Origin: an uncultured Chloroflexia bacterium
Lineage (GTDB): Bacteria; Chloroflexota; Limnocylindria; Limnocylindrales; CSP1-4
Assembly: GCA_963767945.1 (NCBI GenBank)
Contig: CAVYGH010000011.1
Span: 98,896-162,895, forward strand
Length of the DNA: 64,000 nt
Direction of reading: 5' to 3'
Made by a program: the position numbers and the translations under genes. Every line of letters begins with the position of its first letter. Positions within the stretch are counted from its first letter, which is position 1. This document shows positions 1 to 9,657 of this stretch, one piece after another. The notes beneath the pieces were generated by a model. That model was not told where the DNA came from. It did not search any database and saw only the letters and a list, made by a program, of their open reading frames with translations.

Positions 1-768
1 GCTGACCTTGGTGCCCAGGCGATCCCGCAGGTCCGCCTCGACCCGTTCGAGATCCGCGTCGAGCCTCGAGCGCTTGGCGGGCTCCCTGGCGGTTCGCGGC
101 TCGCGGAGCCGGCGCACGAGCTCCTCGGTCTGGCGCACGGACAGTCCCTGGCCGATGACCGTGCCGACGACGTGCGATTGGCCGTCCACCGGCAACCCGC
201 CGAGCGCGCGGCCGTGGCCCTCGGTGAGCCGGCCGTCGGCGATCGCCGCCTGGACGTCGGGATGGAGGTCGAGGAGCCGGAGCGTGTTCGCGACCGTCGC
301 GCGGGCCTTGCCGACGCGTTCGGCGACGTGCTCCTGGGTCAGCCCGAACTCCTCGATCAGCTGGCGATAGGCGAGCGCCTCGTCGATCGGATCGAGATCG
401 GCGCGCTGCACGTTCTCGACGAGCGCGACCTCGAGCTGCGCGCGATCGGCGAGCTGGCGAACGAGCGCGGGGATCCGTTCGAGGCCGACGAGCCGGGCCG
501 CACGCACGCGCCGCTCGCCGGCGACGAGCTGGTAGCCGTCGAGGGTCTCGGTGACGAGGACGGGCTGGAGCACGCCGTGCTCCCGGATGCTCGCTGCGAG
601 CTCCTCGAGGACGGCATCGTCGATGCGGTGCCGGGGCTGGTAGGGGTTGGGGGAGATCCGCGCCAGCGGCACCTCGACGATCGAGCCCGATCCGGCCGGT
701 CGCTGCGGGATGAGCGACGAGAGGCCGCGCCCGAGCGCCGGCGCGTTGCGATCCGTCTTCAGCGTCAT
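1..768 (-). CDS. parB: Chromosome partitioning protein ParB/Spo0J (3' end runs off window)
   Basis: Manual translation from ATG at 768: ALGRGLASLIP...PNPYQPR...HGVLQPVLV...LVAGERRVRAA...VENVQRADL...HTH TQEHVAERVGKARATVANTLRL; ATGA overlap with parA stop. Confidence 0.95.
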   Translation of the reverse strand, partial: MTLKTDRNAPALGRGLSSLIPQRPAGSGSIVEVPLARISPNPYQPRHRIDDAVLEELAASIREHGVLQPVLVTETLDGYQLVAGERRVRAARLVGLERIPALVRQLADRAQLEVALVENVQRADLDPIDEALAYRQLIEEFGLTQEHVAERVGKARATVANTLRLLDLHPDVQAAIADGRLTEGHGRALGGLPVDGQSHVVGTVIGQGLSVRQTEELVRRLREPRTAREPAKRSRLDADLERVEADLRDRLGTKVS

Positions 769-1640
769 GCGCCGATCCCCGCGAGCTGCGTCGCCGGGCG
801 GTCGTCCGCTTGCCGGTTCACGTCCCCCGTGTGATCGGGCTGGTGGGCCGATCTGGCCCCGTCGCGGTTGGCGGCCACGGCGCGACGACCCCGGACCTCG
901 AGGGCGAGCGCCCGATACGCCTCCGCACCCTTCGACTCGGGACGGTAGAGCGCGATGGGCAGCCCGTGGCTCGGGGCCTCCGACAGGCGGACGCTCCGCG
1001 GGACCACCGTCTGGAAGACGGCCTCGTGGAGGTGTCGACGGACCTCGGCAGCGACCTCGGTCGACAGGTTCGTCCGCCCGTCGAACATCGTCAGCACGAC
1101 GCCGGTGATGGCCAGGTCCGGGTTGAGGTGGTCGCGAACGAGGTTGATCGTGGCGATCAGCTGCGTGAGGCCCTCCAGCGCGTAGAACTCGCACTGGATC
1201 GGGACGAGCACCGTGTCGGCGCCGGTCAGCGCGTTCACGGTGAGGATGCCGAGCGACGGCGGGCAGTCGATGAGGATCCAGTCCCAGGCGTCCCGCTCGG
1301 CCTCGAGGGCCCGCGCGAGTCTCCGCTCGCGCCCGTCGACGCCGGCCAGCTCGACCTCCGCGCCGGCCAGGGCGATCGACGACGGGACCAGCCGAGCGCC
1401 CTCGACGGGCGTCGCGACGTGGACGTCGGCCAGCGGAGCTCCGTCGACCAGGGCGTCGTAGATGGACCTGTCGAGGGTCGCGCGATCGACCCCGAATCCG
1501 CTTGTCGCGTTGCCTTGGGGATCGAGATCGATGACGAGGACGCGGTCACCGAGGAGAGCCAGATAGGTTGCGAGATTGACCACCGTAGTGGTCTTCCCGA
1601 CGCCGCCCTTTTGATTGGTGCAGGCGATCGTCTGGCCCAC
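765..1640 (-). CDS. parA: Chromosome partitioning ATPase ParA/Soj
   Basis: NQKGGVGKTTT deviant Walker A, DLDPQGNAT, IDCPPSLG, QCEFYALEG; AGGAGG RBS upstream. Confidence 0.97.
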   Translation of the reverse strand: MGQTIACTNQKGGVGKTTTVVNLATYLALLGDRVLVIDLDPQGNATSGFGVDRATLDRSIYDALVDGAPLADVHVATPVEGARLVPSSIALAGAEVELAGVDGRERRLARALEAERDAWDWILIDCPPSLGILTVNALTGADTVLVPIQCEFYALEGLTQLIATINLVRDHLNPDLAITGVVLTMFDGRTNLSTEVAAEVRRHLHEAVFQTVVPRSVRLSEAPSHGLPIALYRPESKGAEAYRALALEVRGRRAVAANRDGARSAHQPDHTGDVNRQADDRPATQLAGIGA

Positions 1641-1802
1641 TCAGCCTCCTGTTCCACGGACGCGCATCACACTGAATTCTAGCATCGGAGGGCCCGAATC
1701 CCGCGGTCGGGTGGGCTGGACACGCACAGCCTGACCGCTCGGCGCTTATCCGGGACTCAACGCGCGGGTGCGCGCCCGGTCGACTCGCCGCTCCACCATC
1801 GA

Positions 1803-1818
1803 TGTTTCACGTGAAACG
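1803..1818. promoter_or_regulatory. parS centromere site 1
   Basis: TGTTTCACGTGAAACG, 15/16 match to canonical TGTTTCACGTGAAACA, upstream of parAB. Confidence 0.92.
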
Positions 1819-1885
1819 GGACGCGAGCGGAGGTCGAACCTCCTCGCGACGGATGGGCTTTCCGCTCGGGGCCGCGATCGGTCGA

Positions 1886-1901
1886 TGTTTCACGTGAAAC
1901 G
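1886..1901. promoter_or_regulatory. parS centromere site 2
   Basis: Identical TGTTTCACGTGAAACG, 83 bp from site 1. Confidence 0.92.
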
Positions 1902-2118
1902 CCGCGCCGGTCGGGCGCGAACGGCTAAGGGTGGGCTGAGCGACGGGCGCACCGCACCGAATCAGATGTCGGCGCGGCGGCGAATGGCCCCCTCCGCACG
2001 ATTGCCCGTTCGGGGGGCCCATGGGATACTTGCGCGCGAGTTTGCTGTCACTCCGTCGTCGCGGCCGCCTCGCGTCCGGGCCCGACCGTCGGCTCGTCAG
2101 CCGAGGATCGATCGCCTG

Positions 2119-2619
2119 ATGAAGTTCACCATCGCCGCGGCGCTGGCCGTGGTGACCGCGCTCATCGAATTCACCGTTGTCCCATATCTGAAGATCGGCG
2201 ACGCCGTCCCGCACCCCGTCCTCGTCTTCGGCGTCATCACGGCCATCGTCGGTGGTCTCGAAGTCGGTCTCACGTGGGCCTTCGTCGGAGGGCTCGCACT
2301 TGACATCGTCACCCAGCGACCCCTCGGCTCGACCTCGTTCGCCCTTCTCGTCGCAATCGGCGTGGGCTACCTCGTCGGGACCTTCCTCGGCCGGATCCGG
2401 ATCCTGGCGCCGGTGGGCGCCACTGCAGTCGCGAGCCCCCTGTACTCCATGCTGATCATCCTCACGAACACCGCGTTGACCACGGCCCCGCTCTCGTCGG
2501 CCGCGGTCGCATCGATCCTGCCGTCGACCGTGTACGACGTGGTCCTCGCCGCGGTCGTCGGGCCGCTGGCGGTGGCGATCGCCGCGCGCCGGCGTGACGT
2601 CGAGCGCGTCGCATGGTGA
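2119..2619 (+). CDS. mreD: Rod shape-determining protein MreD
   Basis: Small multi-TM protein (MKFTIAAAL...PHPVLVF...WAFVGGLALD) overlapping mrdA start. Confidence 0.85.
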   Translation: MKFTIAAALAVVTALIEFTVVPYLKIGDAVPHPVLVFGVITAIVGGLEVGLTWAFVGGLALDIVTQRPLGSTSFALLVAIGVGYLVGTFLGRIRILAPVGATAVASPLYSMLIILTNTALTTAPLSSAAVASILPSTVYDVVLAAVVGPLAVAIAARRRDVERVAW

Positions 2620-4517
2620 ACGAGGACCTGCTCGCCCCGAACCGCGAACGCGACCGCCGCCCCATCCGCTTCCTGACCTTCGGCATCGTCATGGTGTTGG
2701 TGTTCGGCGTCCTCGGAACCCGGCTCGCCTACCTCCAGATCGATCGCGGCGAGGCCTACGCGGCCCGCGCCGAGGCGAACCGGACCGTCCAGGAGTCGAT
2801 CCCGGCCCCGCGCGGCCTGATCTTCGATCGCAAGGGTCGCGTGTTGGTCAACAACATCGCGACGTGGGCGGTCAAGATCGTCCCCGCCGACCTGCCGTTC
2901 AGCCGCCGCGACGACGTCGCGCAGCGTCTCGGGACCCTCGTGGGCATGCGGGCGTCCGAGATCCTGACGATCCTCGACTCCGCCCCGGGATCGCGCTTCG
3001 AGCCCGTTCGCGTGGCGCAGGACGTTCCCGAGAAGATCGCGCGCATCGTGTCGGAGTCCGTCGAGGAGCTGCCCGGGGTCCACGTGTCGGTCGAGACGAG
3101 ACGCGAGTACCCGGACGGCCCGCTCATGGCGCACATCCTCGGCTACACGGGCGCCATCGACGGGGGAACGTACGACCGGCTCAAGGAGAAGGGCTACCTG
3201 TCCGACGACCTGATCGGCAAGACGGGCGTCGAGTCGAGCTTCGAGTCGGAGCTGCGGGGGACCTACGGCAAGGAGCTCGTCGAGCGCGATGCCACCGGGC
3301 GGGACGTGCAGGTGCTCCGGACGATCCAGCAGGCCGTGTCCGGCGCGTCGCTGACGCTGACCATCGATCGCACCGTCCAGCGGGAGGCGACGGCCGCCCT
3401 CAAGTGGGGCATGCGTGCCGCGGGGCTGAAGCGGGGCGTCTTCATCGCGATGAACCCGCAGACGGGCGAGGTCCTCGCCCTGGTGAGCCTCCCGAGCTAC
3501 GACAACAACCAGTTCTCGCGCGGCATCTCGTCCAAGGACTTCAAGAAGCTGGTCCAGGACAAGAACGAGCCGCTGACGAACCAGGCCGTCCAGGGCAACT
3601 TCCCGCCCGGATCGACCTACAAGCTGGTCACCGGCACCGGCGGCCTCCAGGACAAGGACATCACGCCGACCACCCTGGTCCGCACGCGCGGCTACCTCAC
3701 CCTCGGCGGCACGCGCTTCTACGACTGGAACCGCGCCGGCTTCGGCCTGTGCAACATCAACTGCGGCTTCGGCCACTCGTCGGACACGTTCTTCTTCCAG
3801 GTCGCCGGCATGCTCGGCGCGGACCGGCTCGCCTACTGGGCGCGCCAGTACGGGTTCGGCGCACCGACCGGCATCGACCTGCCGGGCGAGGTCCGGGGCA
3901 TCGTTCCCAACAACAGGTGGAAGATGGACGCGTTCGGCCAGCCGATGTTCGAGGGCGAGACGTACCAGGCCGGCATCGGCCAGGGCTACGACGTGGTCAC
4001 GCCGATCCAGCTGGTCAACGCCTACGCGGCCCTCGCCAACGGCGGCAAGCTGTACCGGCCGCAGGTCGTGCGCGAGGTCATCGGGCCCGACGGCAAGGTG
4101 GTGAAGCGGTTCAAGCCCGACCTGATCCGCAAGCTGAACGTCTCCCAGGCCACCATGCGCACGATGCGCATCGCCGCGCGCCACGTGGTCACGCTCCGCC
4201 ACACGTACAACCTCGTCGACATGCCGATCAAGGTCGCCGGCAAGTCGGGTACGGCCGAGTTCGGGCTCCGCGACAACAAGGGCCGCCTGCCGTTCCACTC
4301 CTGGTTCGCCGGGTTCGTTCCCAAGAACCCCTACAAGGGCAACTTCGCGAGCGCCGACTCCAACCTCGTGTTCCTGGCCTTCGCCTACGACTCGCGAACC
4401 GTCGGCAATGCCGCGACCGAGATCGCCAAGGCGTTCCTCCAGTACCACTTCCACATCAAGAAGGACTACCTGAACCGCGACCTCCTGATCCGCGGCAACC
4501 ACTACCAGAGCAACTAG
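2613..4517 (+). CDS. mrdA: Penicillin-binding protein 2
   Basis: N-terminal TM, PRGLIFDR, GKTGVE, PGSTYK (SxxK), SSDTFF, KSGTAE; precedes rodA. Confidence 0.95.
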   Translation: MVNEDLLAPNRERDRRPIRFLTFGIVMVLVFGVLGTRLAYLQIDRGEAYAARAEANRTVQESIPAPRGLIFDRKGRVLVNNIATWAVKIVPADLPFSRRDDVAQRLGTLVGMRASEILTILDSAPGSRFEPVRVAQDVPEKIARIVSESVEELPGVHVSVETRREYPDGPLMAHILGYTGAIDGGTYDRLKEKGYLSDDLIGKTGVESSFESELRGTYGKELVERDATGRDVQVLRTIQQAVSGASLTLTIDRTVQREATAALKWGMRAAGLKRGVFIAMNPQTGEVLALVSLPSYDNNQFSRGISSKDFKKLVQDKNEPLTNQAVQGNFPPGSTYKLVTGTGGLQDKDITPTTLVRTRGYLTLGGTRFYDWNRAGFGLCNINCGFGHSSDTFFFQVAGMLGADRLAYWARQYGFGAPTGIDLPGEVRGIVPNNRWKMDAFGQPMFEGETYQAGIGQGYDVVTPIQLVNAYAALANGGKLYRPQVVREVIGPDGKVVKRFKPDLIRKLNVSQATMRTMRIAARHVVTLRHTYNLVDMPIKVAGKSGTAEFGLRDNKGRLPFHSWFAGFVPKNPYKGNFASADSNLVFLAFAYDSRTVGNAATEIAKAFLQYHFHIKKDYLNRDLLIRGNHYQSN

Positions 4518-4527
4518 GGATCGATCG

Positions 4528-5691
4528 ATGCGCGTGATGCGGGCCGAGCCAAGCCGCTTCACCGATGCGACCGCAAGGTCCGTCGGGGCGGTCTGGCGCG
4601 CCTACGACCTGCAGCTCACGACATATGCCGCCCTGCTGGGCGTGTTCGGCCTGGTCATGGCCTACACGAACAGCGTCGAGGCGGGCCAGTCGATCATGGC
4701 CAACGGGACGGTCTTCTCGCGGGCCCTGATGTGGTCGGGCCTCGCGATCGTCGTGTTCATCGTCGCGACCGCCTTCGACTACCGCTGGTTCAAGACGCTC
4801 GTCTGGCCGCTGTACGCCCTGAACATCGGCCTGCTGCTCATGACGCTCGCGATCGGCGACGGGGTCGGCGGGTCGGCCCGCTGGGTCTCGATCGGGCCCC
4901 TGACCTTCCAGTTCTCCGAGCTCGCCAAGATCCTGATGATCACGGTGCTGGCCGTGTACCTCGGCAACCGCGAGGGCCGCCTCGACTCGCTGCCGTCGGT
5001 GCTCGGCGCGTGCGTGCTCACCGCCCCGGCCGTGATCCTCGTGATGATGCAGCCGGACCTCGGCTCGTCCCTGGTGTTCGCCGCGATCCTCGCCGGCATG
5101 CTGTTCATGTCGGGGGCCAGCCTGCGCTGGCTGATCGCCATGGGGATCGGGGTCGCGGTCGCGGTGCTGCTGTCGTGGACGTACGTGCTGCGCGACTACC
5201 AGAAGGACCGGATCCTGTCGTTCTTCAGCGGCGCGACCGACACGCAGGGCTCGGGCTGGCAGGTCCTCCAGTCCCAGATCACCGTCGGTTCGGGCGGGCT
5301 CATGGGGACCGGGCTCACGAACGGTACCCAGAGCCGGGGCGAGTTCCTCCCGGTCCAGGAGAGCGACTTCGTGTTCGCCGTGCTCGCACAGGAGCTCGGC
5401 TTCATCGGCGCGCTCGTCGTGTTCCTCCTGTTCGCGGCGCTCCTGTGGCGGATCCTGTCGTGCGCGTGGCGCTCCAAGGACCCGTTCGGGACGCTGTTCG
5501 GCGCCGGGCTCGCCACCTTGCTGCTGTTCCAGGTGTTCGTGAACATCGGCATGGTCATCGGGATCATGCCGGTGACGGGCATCCCGCTCCCGTTCATCAG
5601 CCACGGCGGCGCGTCGCTGGTCAGCATCGCGATCGGCCTCGGGATCATGCAGAGCGTCAACATCCGCCAGACCACCAAGGCGGACTGGTAG
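4528..5691 (+). CDS. rodA: SEDS peptidoglycan polymerase RodA
   Basis: ARWVSIG, QFSELAK, QPDLG, GSGG, SDFVFAV, PVTGIPLPFISHGG. Confidence 0.95.
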   Translation: MRVMRAEPSRFTDATARSVGAVWRAYDLQLTTYAALLGVFGLVMAYTNSVEAGQSIMANGTVFSRALMWSGLAIVVFIVATAFDYRWFKTLVWPLYALNIGLLLMTLAIGDGVGGSARWVSIGPLTFQFSELAKILMITVLAVYLGNREGRLDSLPSVLGACVLTAPAVILVMMQPDLGSSLVFAAILAGMLFMSGASLRWLIAMGIGVAVAVLLSWTYVLRDYQKDRILSFFSGATDTQGSGWQVLQSQITVGSGGLMGTGLTNGTQSRGEFLPVQESDFVFAVLAQELGFIGALVVFLLFAALLWRILSCAWRSKDPFGTLFGAGLATLLLFQVFVNIGMVIGIMPVTGIPLPFISHGGASLVSIAIGLGIMQSVNIRQTTKADW

Positions 5692-5701
5692 CGACCGACG
5701 A

Positions 5702-6454
5702 TCAGCGGCGGCGGAACAGGCCCCGGGACTTGTCCGGCGCGGGAGGAGCGCTGACGCGCCGACCGTGCGACCGCAGCAGGTCGTCGAGCTCCACCTGGTA
5801 GATCCGGCCGATCGGCGTCCGGTCCAGCCACTCGATGTACTCGAGGTCGCGACGGGCGATCTCGCCCAGCGACCACCCGAGATAGCGGCCGAAGTTCAGG
5901 ACGCTGCCCGACGGGTTGCCCGGCGGCGGACCGGCGCTGCCGACCCCTTGCCCCGTGGCCATCGTCGTCGGGTCGAACCCGCCGCCGGCGTTGGAGCGAC
6001 CCGACGTCCAATCCGTCGAGACGTACTGCGGGTCGGGTGCGGGCTGCGCGCGAGGTGGCGGAACCGGGTCCGGCTGCGGCGGCCGCTCGGGCGGCGGGGC
6101 CGGGCGATGCACGGGCTGGGGCCGGTAGTGGTTGCCGGGGTCGTATGTCGACCCGGGCGGCGTCGCCGGGTGACCCGCCGATGCTCGAGCCCTCGCGTCG
6201 GCCGCGGCCACCTTCGCGGACGTTCCCGTCGTCCTGGTTCTCGCGCGGTCCACGGCGGCCCGCTTCGTCGCGTCGCGCAGCAATTCCCACGCCTGGTTGA
6301 TGCGGACCATCCGTTCCTGCGACTCGGGATCCGGCGAGACGTCGGGATGGTACTTTCGGGCCAGTCGCCGATAGGCCGCCTCGATGACCTCGAACTCGGC
6401 CTCGGAGTCGACCTGGAGCACCTTGTAGGGATCCGGGACGCTCACCGGCGGCAC
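5702..6454 (-). CDS. J-domain protein with Pro-rich linker and C-terminal DUF3820/ExoX-C-like module
   Basis: DPYKVLQV...AYRRLARKYHPD J-domain; C-terminal LNFGRYLGWSLGEIARRDLEYIEWL. Confidence 0.85.
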   Translation of the reverse strand: MPPVSVPDPYKVLQVDSEAEFEVIEAAYRRLARKYHPDVSPDPESQERMVRINQAWELLRDATKRAAVDRARTRTTGTSAKVAAADARARASAGHPATPPGSTYDPGNHYRPQPVHRPAPPPERPPQPDPVPPPRAQPAPDPQYVSTDWTSGRSNAGGGFDPTTMATGQGVGSAGPPPGNPSGSVLNFGRYLGWSLGEIARRDLEYIEWLDRTPIGRIYQVELDDLLRSHGRRVSAPPAPDKSRGLFRRR

Positions 6455-6513
6455 GGTCCTTGGGTTCGGTATTGGGTTGGGCGCGCGCCTGACATCCCCG
6501 GCAGACTAGCATC

Positions 6514-7320
6514 GTGCCGGAACCCGCCGAACCCCCCGTCCGTCACCCCGCGGTCCCGCTGCGCGAGCCGGTCCAGCGGTGGCGCCTCGTGCTGCGGCGC
6601 GGCCGGCTGGAGGCCGACCAGGTCCAGCGCGTGCAGCAGTCCGCATGGGAAACGGCGCTCCGCGCGTCGGGCCTGCCGCTCGTGGGCCTCGACGCCGAGT
6701 CCGGCCGCCTCCGGTTCGCGATCGCGGCACCGCTGTCGCCGTCCATCCCGGGCGAGGCGGAGCTCGCCGACCTGTGGCTGACCGATCGCGTCGCCCGGTG
6801 GACGGTCCGCGACGCGCTGTCGGCCGCCTTGCCGGAGGGTTCGACGCTGGTCGACCTCTACGACGTCTGGCTCGGCGAGTCGCCCCTGCCAGGGCAGGTC
6901 GTGGCGTCCGTGTACCGAGCGACCGCGACGGTCCCCCCGGACGACGCGGCCGCGATCGCCTCGGCCGCGTCCGCGGTCGTCGCCGCCGAGACCGTGCCGC
7001 GCGAGCGCCTTCGGGGCGACCGCGCGGTCGCCTACGACCTCCGCCCGTACATCGACGACCTGACGGTCGAGTCGCGCGCCGACGAAGCCGAGATCCGGAT
7101 GGTGCTCCGTCACGACCCGGAGCGCGGCGTCGGACGACCGGACGAGGTGCTCGCGGAGATCGCCCATCGCTCGGGTGTCGCCGTCGAGGACGCGGCGGTC
7201 GTCCGGGAGCGGCTCGTGCTGGCGTCGGAGCGCGCCCCCGTGGTCGATCCCGATGCGGCGCGGCCCGCGTCCCCCCGGCGTCAGGCCGTCGCCGCCTCCA
7301 GCAGGCGCGACAGGAAGTAG
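6514..7320 (+). CDS. TIGR03936/DUF2344-like radical SAM-associated protein
   Basis: WETALRASGLPL...RFAIAAPL...GEAELAD, YDLRPYI, GRPDEVL; canonical position between rodA and rplU. Confidence 0.75.
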   Translation: MPEPAEPPVRHPAVPLREPVQRWRLVLRRGRLEADQVQRVQQSAWETALRASGLPLVGLDAESGRLRFAIAAPLSPSIPGEAELADLWLTDRVARWTVRDALSAALPEGSTLVDLYDVWLGESPLPGQVVASVYRATATVPPDDAAAIASAASAVVAAETVPRERLRGDRAVAYDLRPYIDDLTVESRADEAEIRMVLRHDPERGVGRPDEVLAEIAHRSGVAVEDAAVVRERLVLASERAPVVDPDAARPASPRRQAVAASSRRDRK

Positions 7321-7724
7321 TCCCAGCCCTCCGCGTGTCCGGCGACCTCGGCATCGTCCGGGAGCCCGGAGTGGCGCAGCCGGAGGCGCGTGCCGTCGCC
7401 GTCGGGCGTCAGCTCGACCTCGACGACGCTCCCGCCCGGGCGCACCGCCTCGGCGGGGTCCTCCCAGCCCCAGGTGAACACGAGGCGCGCGGGTTCGACG
7501 AGCTCCACGAACCGGCCGCTCACCACGTTGCCATTCCCGTAGTCGATGCGGAACACCCCACCCGGCCGGGGCTCGAGGGTGGCCGACCGACCCATCCAGC
7601 GGACGATCCTCGACGGATCGACCCAGAAGGACCACACGACCTCGGGTCGCGCCTCGATCCGGATCTCGCGCTCGACGGCCCCGCTCGTGCCGGTGCCGGC
7701 GGCCGACGGCGCGCGCTCGCTCAT
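7281..7724 (-). CDS. SRPBCC/AHSA1-like protein
   Basis: VEREIRIEARPEVVW...RWMG...RPGG...RLVFTWGW...TRLRLRHSGL...GWDYFL; ATGA overlap with arsR. Confidence 0.9.
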   Translation of the reverse strand: MSERAPSAAGTGTSGAVEREIRIEARPEVVWSFWVDPSRIVRWMGRSATLEPRPGGVFRIDYGNGNVVSGRFVELVEPARLVFTWGWEDPAEAVRPGGSVVEVELTPDGDGTRLRLRHSGLPDDAEVAGHAEGWDYFLSRLLEAATA

Positions 7725-8032
7725 CGATCGCGCTCCGCTTCGGCCTCGGCGGCGATCCGGAGGCGCTCCAGGCCGTCGTCCCAGAACCGATCGAGCCACG
7801 CACGCAGCGGCCGCAGCGCCGCGGGTCGCGCCCGGTAGAGGCGGCGCGTGCCGTCCCGCCGCGCGGAGACCAGCCCGGCCGCGCGCAACACGGCCAGGTG
7901 CTGGCTGACCGCCGGCCGCGTCACGTCGAACCGGGCCGCGATCACGCCGGCGGCGAGCTCGCGATCGGCGAGGAGGCCGAGGATCTCCCGGCGGCGCGGC
8001 TCCGCCAGGGCCTGGAGGGTCTGGTCGATCAT
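7721..8032 (-). CDS. ArsR/SmtB family transcriptional regulator
   Basis: ALAEPRRREIL...TRPAVSQHLAVLRAAGLV...GTRRLY; typical ArsR-SRPBCC pair. Confidence 0.92.
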   Translation of the reverse strand: MIDQTLQALAEPRRREILGLLADRELAAGVIAARFDVTRPAVSQHLAVLRAAGLVSARRDGTRRLYRARPAALRPLRAWLDRFWDDGLERLRIAAEAEAERDR

Positions 8033-8040
8033 GGCCAGAG

Positions 8041-8072
8041 GTTAGCCACGCCTAACGTAAGTGTCAACTAAC
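8041..8072. promoter_or_regulatory. Tandem palindromic operator (probable ArsR autoregulation site)
   Basis: GTTAG-N6-CTAAC directly followed by GTAAG-N6-CTAAC, starting 9 bp upstream of arsR and overlapping its -10 (TAACCT). Confidence 0.55.
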
Positions 8073-8171
8073 GCGATGGCGAGGTCGCGAGGCGAGGTTC
8101 GGGGCCGAAGCGGAGGTCCGGGGCCGGTGACGCGTGACGCGGGCGTGTTCGCCGACACCGGCCGCCGTTCG

Positions 8172-8201
8172 TTGACGCGTTCGAACGATCCGCCCTACAC
8201 T
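8172..8201 (+). promoter_or_regulatory. Sigma70-type promoter of rplU-rpmA-rpmE
   Basis: TTGACG-N18-TACACT. Confidence 0.65.
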
Positions 8202-8287
8202 CTCCGTTCGCGCCCGCGAGTGTCGCAGGCGTCCCTCCATGTCCAGACAGCGGTCGTCCGTGGCCGCCACGCTTCGTTCGAGGATCC

Positions 8288-9055
8288 ATGTACGCAGTCA
8301 TCGAGACCGGCGGGAAGCAGTACCGCGTCGAGGTCGGCACCGAGCTCGAGGTGGAGCTGCTCGACGTCGAGCCGGGCCAGTCGATCACGCTGGAGCGCGT
8401 GCTCCTCGTCGCCGACGGGGCCGAGGCCACCGTCGGCACGCCTGTCGTCGACGGCGCGGCCGTCGAGGCCGAGGTGGTCAGGCGCGATCGCGGCGACAAG
8501 GTCATCGCGTTCAAGTACCGCCCCAAGGCCCGCCGTCGGGTCAAGAAGGGCCACCGCCAGGAGCTGACCGTCCTGCGCATCGCCGATATCCGGTTCGGCG
8601 GCAAGAGCGCGGCCGAGTCCGAGGGCAAGGCGAAGCAGCGACAGCAGACCGAGCGCCAGCGACTCGAGGAGGCCGCCGCCCGACAGGCCGCCGAGGACGC
8701 GGCGCTCGCCGCGAAGCTCGCGGTCGGGGCGGAGCCGGCCGAGTCCACGGCGAAGTCCGCGAAGACGACCCCCACCAAGGCGAAGCCGGCGAAGGCGGAC
8801 ACCGCCAAGGCCGCACCGAAGGCGAGCACCGCGAAGGCTCCGGCCAAGGCGGAGACCGCGGAGGCGCCGGCGAAGTCGACCCCGGCCAAGGCCGCGGCGA
8901 AGGCCGCGCCCAAGACGACCAAGGTGGCCCCGAAGGCCTCGGCCTCGAAGCCCGACGCGCCCGCGAAGTCGTCCACGAAGGCGGCGGACGCCAAGGCCGA
9001 CGACGCCACCCCCGATGCGGCGCCCAAGCGCTCGCGGACGAAGAAGGACGAGTAG
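8288..9055 (+). CDS. rplU: 50S ribosomal protein L21 with long Ala/Lys-rich C-terminal extension
   Basis: [14 protein letters not shown]...KKGHRQELT core, then ~150 aa low-complexity tail. Confidence 0.96.
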   Translation: MYAVIETGGKQYRVEVGTELEVELLDVEPGQSITLERVLLVADGAEATVGTPVVDGAAVEAEVVRRDRGDKVIAFKYRPKARRRVKKGHRQELTVLRIADIRFGGKSAAESEGKAKQRQQTERQRLEEAAARQAAEDAALAAKLAVGAEPAESTAKSAKTTPTKAKPAKADTAKAAPKASTAKAPAKAETAEAPAKSTPAKAAAKAAPKTTKVAPKASASKPDAPAKSSTKAADAKADDATPDAAPKRSRTKKDE

Positions 9056-9057
9056 CG

Positions 9058-9339
9058 ATGGCGCACAAGAAGGCGGGCTCGAGCTCGAAGAACGGCCGCG
9101 ACAGCGTCGGCCAGCGACTGGGCGTCAAGGCCGGTGACGGCCAGCTCGTCACGGCCGGATCGATCATCGTCCGCCAGCGCGGGATGACCTTCGCGGCGGG
9201 CGAGGGCGCGGGCCTCGGCCACGACTACACGGTCTTCGCGACCGTCGACGGGAAGGTGCGCTTCGAGCACGCCACCCGGAACAAGAAGCGGATCCGGGTC
9301 ATCCCGGTCGCGGACGAGCCGGTCGCCGCAGAGGCGTAA
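9058..9339 (+). CDS. rpmA: 50S ribosomal protein L27
   Basis: [31 protein letters not shown]. Confidence 0.97.
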   Translation: MAHKKAGSSSKNGRDSVGQRLGVKAGDGQLVTAGSIIVRQRGMTFAAGEGAGLGHDYTVFATVDGKVRFEHATRNKKRIRVIPVADEPVAAEA

Positions 9340-9406
9340 CGGCGCGATCCCACAGCGGCGGCCACCGGCGGGCAGGACCCGAGCGGACGGCGTCGAAGGA
9401 GCACTC

Positions 9407-9619
9407 GTGAAGAGCGACACCCACCCCAAGTACTTCCAGGCCAAGGTCCACTGCGGCTCGTGCGGGACCGAGTTCGAGGTCGGCTCGACCCGCGAGGAGC
9501 TCCGCGTCGACGTGTGCAGCAACTGCCATCCGTTCTTCACGGGCAAGCAGAACATCATCGACACGGCGGGCCAGGTCGAGCGCTTCCAGCGCCGCCTCGA
9601 GCGCCAGGCCCGCGCCTGA
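9407..9619 (+). CDS. rpmE: 50S ribosomal protein L31 (Zn-binding type)
   Basis: HPKY...CGSCG...DVCSNCHPFFTGKQ; AAGGAG RBS. Confidence 0.96.
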   Translation: MKSDTHPKYFQAKVHCGSCGTEFEVGSTREELRVDVCSNCHPFFTGKQNIIDTAGQVERFQRRLERQARA

Positions 9620-9657
9620 CGCGCTCCGGCTCGCCGGCCGATCCCGGACAACCCACG

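Noticed and set aside
1799-1901. Two 20-bp direct repeats as a possible mini-CRISPR
   Set aside because: Only two copies, they match parS, and no cas genes are present
8202-8287. Possible L21 leader RNA
   Set aside because: Plausible location, but I cannot support a specific structure without a covariance model
8740-9000. Repetitive GCGAAG/GCCAAG DNA
   Set aside because: Explained by the Ala/Lys-rich coding tail of L21
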